From Eledone cirrhosa (Eukaryota), in the NCBI GenBank assembly GCA_964016885.1, contig OZ024751.1, forward strand, positions 37,324,001 to 37,388,000: 64,000 nt of DNA, given 5' to 3'. Both the position numbers and the translations under genes were made by a program. This document shows positions 57,804 to 64,000 of the stretch, one piece after another. The notes beneath the pieces were generated by a model. The model made no database searches. It was not told where the DNA came from and worked only from the letters and a program-made list of their open reading frames with translations. Positions within the stretch are counted from its first letter, which is position 1. Every line of letters starts with the position of its first letter.

Positions 57804-57958
57804 TTCACCATTTAACGATCGTTTCTAGGGTATATATGTGCTATAATTGGTATGCATATTTAACAGATCTATGTACAAAATTATACAAAATTATACAAAT
57901 TATCAAGATTAAATATACATACCTAACTCATATATACGCCGTCTTCAGAAATAATGAA
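57804..57958 (-). ncRNA. Type I hammerhead ribozyme with an extended stem II
   Basis: Minus strand: TTCATTATTT-CTGAAGA-[116 nt; GGCGTATATATG/CATATATACCCT]-GAAA-C-GATC-G-TT-AAATGGTGAA. Stem I is 10 bp (2 G.U) and stem III is palindromic (AACGATCGTT). Confidence 0.78.
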
Positions 57959-58728
57959 GTATATTTATTGATAATAACAACAATTCAAAATATCAGTTCA
58001 AAATTGACCAATGAAAACACAAAGGGTTAAAAAGCAGTTTGGTGTGTGTATATACATGTAAAACCCTACACACATTTTACAAAAATGTGTGTATAATATG
58101 TATGTGCATACTAAAAAGATGGATGCAAATAAAAAATTTCAAGGTTAATATCTCTGTAAGCTTAATGCGCTGATAAGATACGCAATGATACTTATGTAGT
58201 CAAGCATATAAATATATTTTTTTCATACTCACACATATCAGTATAATCACACATACATGTGCGTATATATATAAATATACACATAACCACAAACACACAA
58301 ACACACACACACCCCCCACTCACATTTATATATGTGGATATAAAATCATAAGCAAATAGAAATTAAGTCACTCACATAAACACACTGGTACACACATTTC
58401 AAGATCAAGATACAGAAATTAGGTGGGAGGGGGGGGGGAGGGGTCAGTATTAGGTTGTCAGACCAGACAGCCTAATATAAATGTATCTATAAATTATGAA
58501 AAATAAAAAAATAAAAACAATAAAATATATTACATATAATATAATGTACATACGCATACAGATATACATACACATACATACATGTACGCGCACATAGAGA
58601 TATCTACACATACATACATACACACATACCTATACTGTCATACACACACATACATTTACACGAACATACACATACACATATAAAAAGATAAAAATACGGA
58701 CACACACACGCGCAACACATACACACAT

Positions 58729-58779
<51 letters not shown>

Positions 58780-58892
58780 TATACACACACACACACATAG
58801 ACTCATATATATATACAAACACATACATATACTTATACATAAACATATATATCCCACACTCATACCACCATGAAAACACATACAAACATCCA

Positions 58893-58943
<51 letters not shown>

Positions 58944-59035
58944 ATACACACACGTACACATATATGCACATATACATACATATATACACACATACACATA
59001 TATATATATACACACACACATAAAATACAGACATG

Positions 59036-59066
<31 letters not shown>

Positions 59067-59162
59067 TTCATTACCCTTATATATACACATAGTATATATA
59101 CATACACAACCTCACTTATACACATATACACATAAGTTATATTACAATAATAATAAAGAATA

Positions 59163-59193
<31 letters not shown>

Positions 59194-59332
59194 TATACAC
59201 ACATATACACATATACATACATACACATACATATACATACATACATACACATACATACATACACCTAAATATAAACATATATAAATACACACATACGAAT
59301 AAAGACATATATTCACACATAGACACCTATAT

Positions 59333-59374
<42 letters not shown>

Positions 59375-60966
59375 ATATACACACACATACACATACATAC
59401 ACATATATATATATATACACATATATACACACGCACACACATACAGACACACATACACACTCACATATATATATATATATATATATATATGTGTATGTGA
59501 GTGTGCGCAAATACATACATATATATACACGCACACATACAAACACACACAAACACATACATATGCATACATGCACACACACACACATATATCACATAGA
59601 TACGAAGATAAACATATAAATAGAGAGACATACAAATATATACAGAACCCATATACACATACATGCAAACACGCATATACATATATACATATATACACAC
59701 ATATATATTCCTATATACAAGCATACACATACACACACATATATACATATACCTACACATATATATACCACACATTCACATACACGTACATATATAATAC
59801 ATATATATACATACATATACATACATATGTATGTACAATCATATATACACACTCAATCTTACATTCATATTTACATGCTCATATATGTATTTTTATATCT
59901 AGAAATAAATACCAAAAAAACTATATAGACACCCATCTACCCATATATTCATACATATACACTTACAAAAACAGATGATAATAGTATGGGGGAAAGGGGG
60001 GGGTTTGGAGAAGGGGATCAAAGTAAATATATGTTTCAAGAAACCTATAATATTTTCCATATCTTAATTCAATGTATGTTCTTACATATTTTCAATGCTA
60101 GGAAATACGAAATCTATGCATCACAAAATAAAAAAGTATACCATTAATCATATGTCAACTAAACCAAAGATAGTCAACATATTGATTTCCAAGGTGTAAA
60201 TTAGTTAGGTTTATAATATTTGAAGCAGAATTATGAAGTCAAACAGTAGTAGATTATTAATTACATTATAACTAAATTAAAGTTAATAATAGGGAAAAGA
60301 AACCCAAATAAAAATAAAATAAAGTATTACATCGGTAGTAGCATATAAATTATATGTTAACTAAGTTAAAAATTATATATTTATTTCAATAGTATATGTT
60401 AATTAGTATATGTTAATTAGGTATACAATACATAAAGCAGATATTGTATTTCATCAATAGCATAATATAATTATATGCAAATAAAAATCAAAATTAATAC
60501 GCATACACATACATATACATACACATACACATACATATACATATACATACACATATATATATATATATATACATATATATACACACATACATACATATAT
60601 AGTCACATAAATATACATACAGATACACATACAATACACACATATATACATATACATATAGATATACATATCTTTTTCAAAAAATTTGCACAGAATATAT
60701 TAACTAGGTATATATCCAAAAACACCTCCCATTCTATGATTACATGAAATTCTGCAATTCGTCTGTACAAGGATACTAATTTTAAGCAAATTAAAATTAA
60801 AATTAAAGTTTTAGGTTGATTAAAGCTAAAACCAAATAATAAATATATTTCCAAAATGTATATTAATTAGGTCAATAATACTAAAAATTCTTTCTCCGTC
60901 ATAGGATACATGATATTATTTTGTTATATTTTATCTGTAAAAGAATTATAATAAAAAAAATTTATA

Positions 60967-61011
<45 letters not shown>

Positions 61012-61229
61012 TAATAAAAGGTTAAACTAAATTAAAAAATTATAATAAAAGGTTAAAATAAGTTAAAATTAATCTATAAATTAAATTACTGAATATATAT
61101 TAGTAATATTTAAAGGTTTTTCAAAATTAATGATTACATAATATTTTCTCATCTGTAATAAAATATTAATTAAATTAAATTTATAGGTTAACTAACATTT
61201 AAATTAAATTAAATTCTAGAATAATGTTA

Positions 61230-63671
61230 TTAATTAGGTTTATAATATTTAAATGTTTTTTTTAGTTTATGATTACACGATATAATTAATTCCTGTCTTT
61301 TATTTAATAAGATATCCCTAGACTTCATTATTTCAAATAGTTCTTGGGAACATAATCTACATTCCTTTCTATTATTTTGATAAGGGGTGGCTCTTTTGAG
61401 CACACTCCAGGTCAAATCATATTTTATATTTTTATTTTTATAACTATTGATTTTTTCTGCTAGAGATGTTGTATTAGCCAGTGCGGCATTTTTAAAGCTA
61501 TGTTTGTGGGTATTATACCTTGTCTTAAAATTGTTAGAGGTAGCTCCTATATATGAGCAAATAGAATCTTTAGTTTTAACATTACATTTATAGACTATGT
61601 TGTTAACAAGACAATTCCCTTTTAATGGGCAGTTTGTTTTGTTTCTACAGTTACATCCTTTCGTTAATTCTGTATTTGAGGAGATATTATTGTTAATTTG
61701 ATGTACTGGTGGTATACTTATAGTTTTCTTACATTTATATGCATTATATGCACTTATATTTTGTTTTATGTTATTTGTTGTAGAATATGAGAATTTAACT
61801 GTAGACCTATTTAAGATTTGATGGTATTTGTGGTTTGGCGGGAAGTTTTTCTCAAGGATATAAAAAAATTTTTTAGCAATATTATCCTTAACTTGTAAAT
61901 TAAAAGGAGCATTATACCAAGTAACTCGTCTATTACGGTTTCTATGTTGTTTATTATTTTTATTATTTTTATATGTTGTATCATGATTTTTACTAGGAGG
62001 AATAATGTTAATGATCTCACCACAACTATTTTTAGTTATATTTGTAGATTTAGGTGTTTTATCTTTTTTATTAGGAGTTTTATTATTAATATTTATTATA
62101 GTCTTATGATGAGTAGTTTTTTGAGGGTTACTATACTTTATATTAGAAGATTTAGTATTTTGGGGTATACTGTGGGTGGCATTTAGGTGTGTACCTTTCA
62201 TTTGGTGTTTGTTGGTAATATTATGCTGTATGTTTTCAGTATTTTTAGTAGAAGTTATATACTCTAATCTATTTTTGTGGCCACTTCTATCTAGAGCTTC
62301 ATTATAAAAGGTCGCATTTTTATCAAATACATCTTGGTTAGAAGAAAGGTTAGAAATTCTAAGTGATATATTATATGCAAGGTTTTTAAGGATAGATTTA
62401 GGGTGATTAGATTGTGAGTGTATGTAATGTAAGTTTTGGTTAGGTTTATGGTAAGGTTGGTATATACCCGTAGCTAAATCTAAAGTTATATCTAGGAAAT
62501 TTACTACTTTACTTGTTTTTTCAAAAGTAATATTAAGATTATAATAGTCCTTAAGGAAAGTTCTAATATGCTTTTTGTTTTTTTCGATTTCTGAAAGGCT
62601 AAGGTTGTTAGAAAGAAGAAGACAGTCATCACGATATAAACCACCTTTGAGGTGGGGAAAAGAGGCATTTATGTTGAAAAGGAGAAAGAGGCCCACAAGA
62701 TCAGTAATTTGGGCAGAATCGCTTGAACCCATAGTAATATCAAAAAGATTACTATAAGTGTTTCTGGTCCAGTATTCATTCTGAAATTCAATAAGTGTTT
62801 GTCTAGCGTGTGTAATAATGTTAATGTCATCCGAAGTTAAATTAGATCTATTTTTAGCAAATATTAATGCTTTGTTCAGGAGTATGGGTGATATAGAAGA
62901 ATAATAGTTATCTATATCAAACTGTAGGAAAGAAGCAGAAGATTTACACCTAATATTTTTAAACCAATTAATTACCTGGGAGGTGTTTTCCCAGAGTGGT
63001 AAAATAACGTATTTTCTTATTTGTGGGATGACTCTATCTAAAATTTTTTTGCTAATTATTCCAATATCTGATTTGGAGGGACATATAAGTCTAATAGAAG
63101 GATTAGAGTTAAAGTTAGATTTGTGATCTTTCAGGTTGAAGTGTGGACTTCTCAATGCCAAAGGTTCAGTTCTATCTTCAATATTTAGTTTTTTTACTAT
63201 GTTGTGTGTTTTGTTGTTGATGTTGGTGAGTGACGCATTATTAGATTTTTTATAACTTTTTCTGAGTTCTTTATATATGAACTCATTATAATGTTCAATA
63301 TCCATATGATACAAGTTACCAGTTTTGTCCGAGTGGACATGGATTTTTTTAGACTTTTTTAGGTCCAATAGGGTAGAATCAAGGTCCTTTTGAAAGACGG
63401 ATTTATACTTTTTAAATTTGAGGTGTTTAATTAAATTAAAAAGGTCTTTCTCGAAGTCTTCAAGTAAAAAGTTGTGTGGTGGATTCTTGTAAGTGTTGAA
63501 ATCATACATATATTTCCGATCTGCTTGTTTAGATTTTCTATCAAAGTGGTAGGCTCTCCATCTAACCCTTCTGATAAAATTATTAGTTTTCTGAATCATA
63601 AGGAGTAAGAAGTCGTCCTTAGAAGGTATTGGTATGTTTTTTAAGGAGGTTCCTAAATATTGTTTTTCCAT
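61230..63671 (-). CDS. Naiad-type PLE polyprotein: RT + GIY-YIG endonuclease (813 aa from the first ATG)
   Basis: N-terminal SLKNIPIPS..FIRRVRWRA. RT motifs DKTGN, KDHK, RLICP, FDIDNYYSSI, TMGS, GLYRDD and NFLD. The C-terminal part has WYNAPF, CNC..CPLKGNCL..IVY..YIG, CRLC..E and LNKRQEL..CNH. The stop is TAA. Confidence 0.93.
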   Translation of the reverse strand: MEKQYLGTSLKNIPIPSKDDFLLLMIQKTNNFIRRVRWRAYHFDRKSKQADRKYMYDFNTYKNPPHNFLLEDFEKDLFNLIKHLKFKKYKSVFQKDLDSTLLDLKKSKKIHVHSDKTGNLYHMDIEHYNEFIYKELRKSYKKSNNASLTNINNKTHNIVKKLNIEDRTEPLALRSPHFNLKDHKSNFNSNPSIRLICPSKSDIGIISKKILDRVIPQIRKYVILPLWENTSQVINWFKNIRCKSSASFLQFDIDNYYSSISPILLNKALIFAKNRSNLTSDDINIITHARQTLIEFQNEYWTRNTYSNLFDITMGSSDSAQITDLVGLFLLFNINASFPHLKGGLYRDDCLLLSNNLSLSEIEKNKKHIRTFLKDYYNLNITFEKTSKVVNFLDITLDLATGIYQPYHKPNQNLHYIHSQSNHPKSILKNLAYNISLRISNLSSNQDVFDKNATFYNEALDRSGHKNRLEYITSTKNTENIQHNITNKHQMKGTHLNATHSIPQNTKSSNIKYSNPQKTTHHKTIININNKTPNKKDKTPKSTNITKNSCGEIINIIPPSKNHDTTYKNNKNNKQHRNRNRRVTWYNAPFNLQVKDNIAKKFFYILEKNFPPNHKYHQILNRSTVKFSYSTTNNIKQNISAYNAYKCKKTISIPPVHQINNNISSNTELTKGCNCRNKTNCPLKGNCLVNNIVYKCNVKTKDSICSYIGATSNNFKTRYNTHKHSFKNAALANTTSLAEKINSYKNKNIKYDLTWSVLKRATPYQNNRKECRLCSQELFEIMKSRDILLNKRQELIISCNHKLKKTFKYYKPN

Positions 63672-63827
63672 TGTGATATGGATGATGGACAATTGAAAGA
63701 GCTCAACTAAATGTATATGGGTTTACAAAATCATACATATATATATGTATATACATAAATATAAAATTAATACACACATACAGTACAAAAATACGAATAT
63801 TTCCGTGAAAATAGGAGCAAAATTATG

Positions 63828-64000
63828 TAGATAAATCTACCAAGAGTTTACGGTAGTGTCCAATCCGTATGAAGAACTCAATGTATTCCGGATATCATGG
63901 AAAGAAGAGATGTAATGAAAATCCAATTTCGGTGAAAGATAAACGGTATACAGAGTCAAGATAAAATATTAAACAAATAATGAACAAACAATTCCTTATA
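63828..64000 (-). repeat. Upstream pseudo-LTR copy of the Naiad-type PLE (truncated by the window edge)
   Basis: Direct repeat of 57617-57789, identical by eye. Confidence 0.92.

Larger units (their letters stand above)
57617..64000 (-). mobile_element. Apparently full-length Naiad-type Penelope-like element with direct pseudo-LTRs (continues past the window end)
   Basis: 57617-57789 matches 63828-64000 (offset 6211 bp). An intact RT/GIY-YIG ORF lies between the repeats, the 3' end abuts (TA)n, and a hammerhead lies at the 3' terminus. Confidence 0.9.

Noticed and set aside
61230-63671. Selenoprotein recoding, as known for some Naiad elements
   Set aside because: The ORF has no in-frame TGA and ends in TAA after a complete endonuclease domain.

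Overview
This is a very AT-rich, microsatellite-saturated stretch of eukaryotic non-coding DNA. The repeat landscape looks cephalopod/octopus-like, which is an inference. I could not support any host protein-coding gene, and most ORF-track entries are (TA)n/(CA)n/(GA)n translation artefacts. Retroelements inserted into (TA)n tracts dominate. (1) An apparently full-length Naiad-type Penelope-like element (PLE) lies on the minus strand at 57617-64000+, with an intact 813-aa RT + GIY-YIG ORF, direct pseudo-LTRs 6211 bp apart and a complete type I hammerhead ribozyme with a very long stem II. (2) A second PLE of a different family (40913-44628) has a stop-free, 5'-truncated RT/GIY-YIG ORF and an inverted 3' duplication. 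(3) Many small PLE 3'-end remnants carry intact, degenerate or half hammerheads. Two of these fold back at ribozyme stem II, and several unrelated ones share an ATTGAG(T/G)(A/T)C motif about 45 nt from their 3' ends. (4) The rest comprises a CR1/L2-type LINE 3' end, a CRE-type RLE fragment nested in a SINE, two inverted copies of a bipartite RTE-derived element, many tRNA-derived SINEs, two MITEs and a 44-bp minisatellite.
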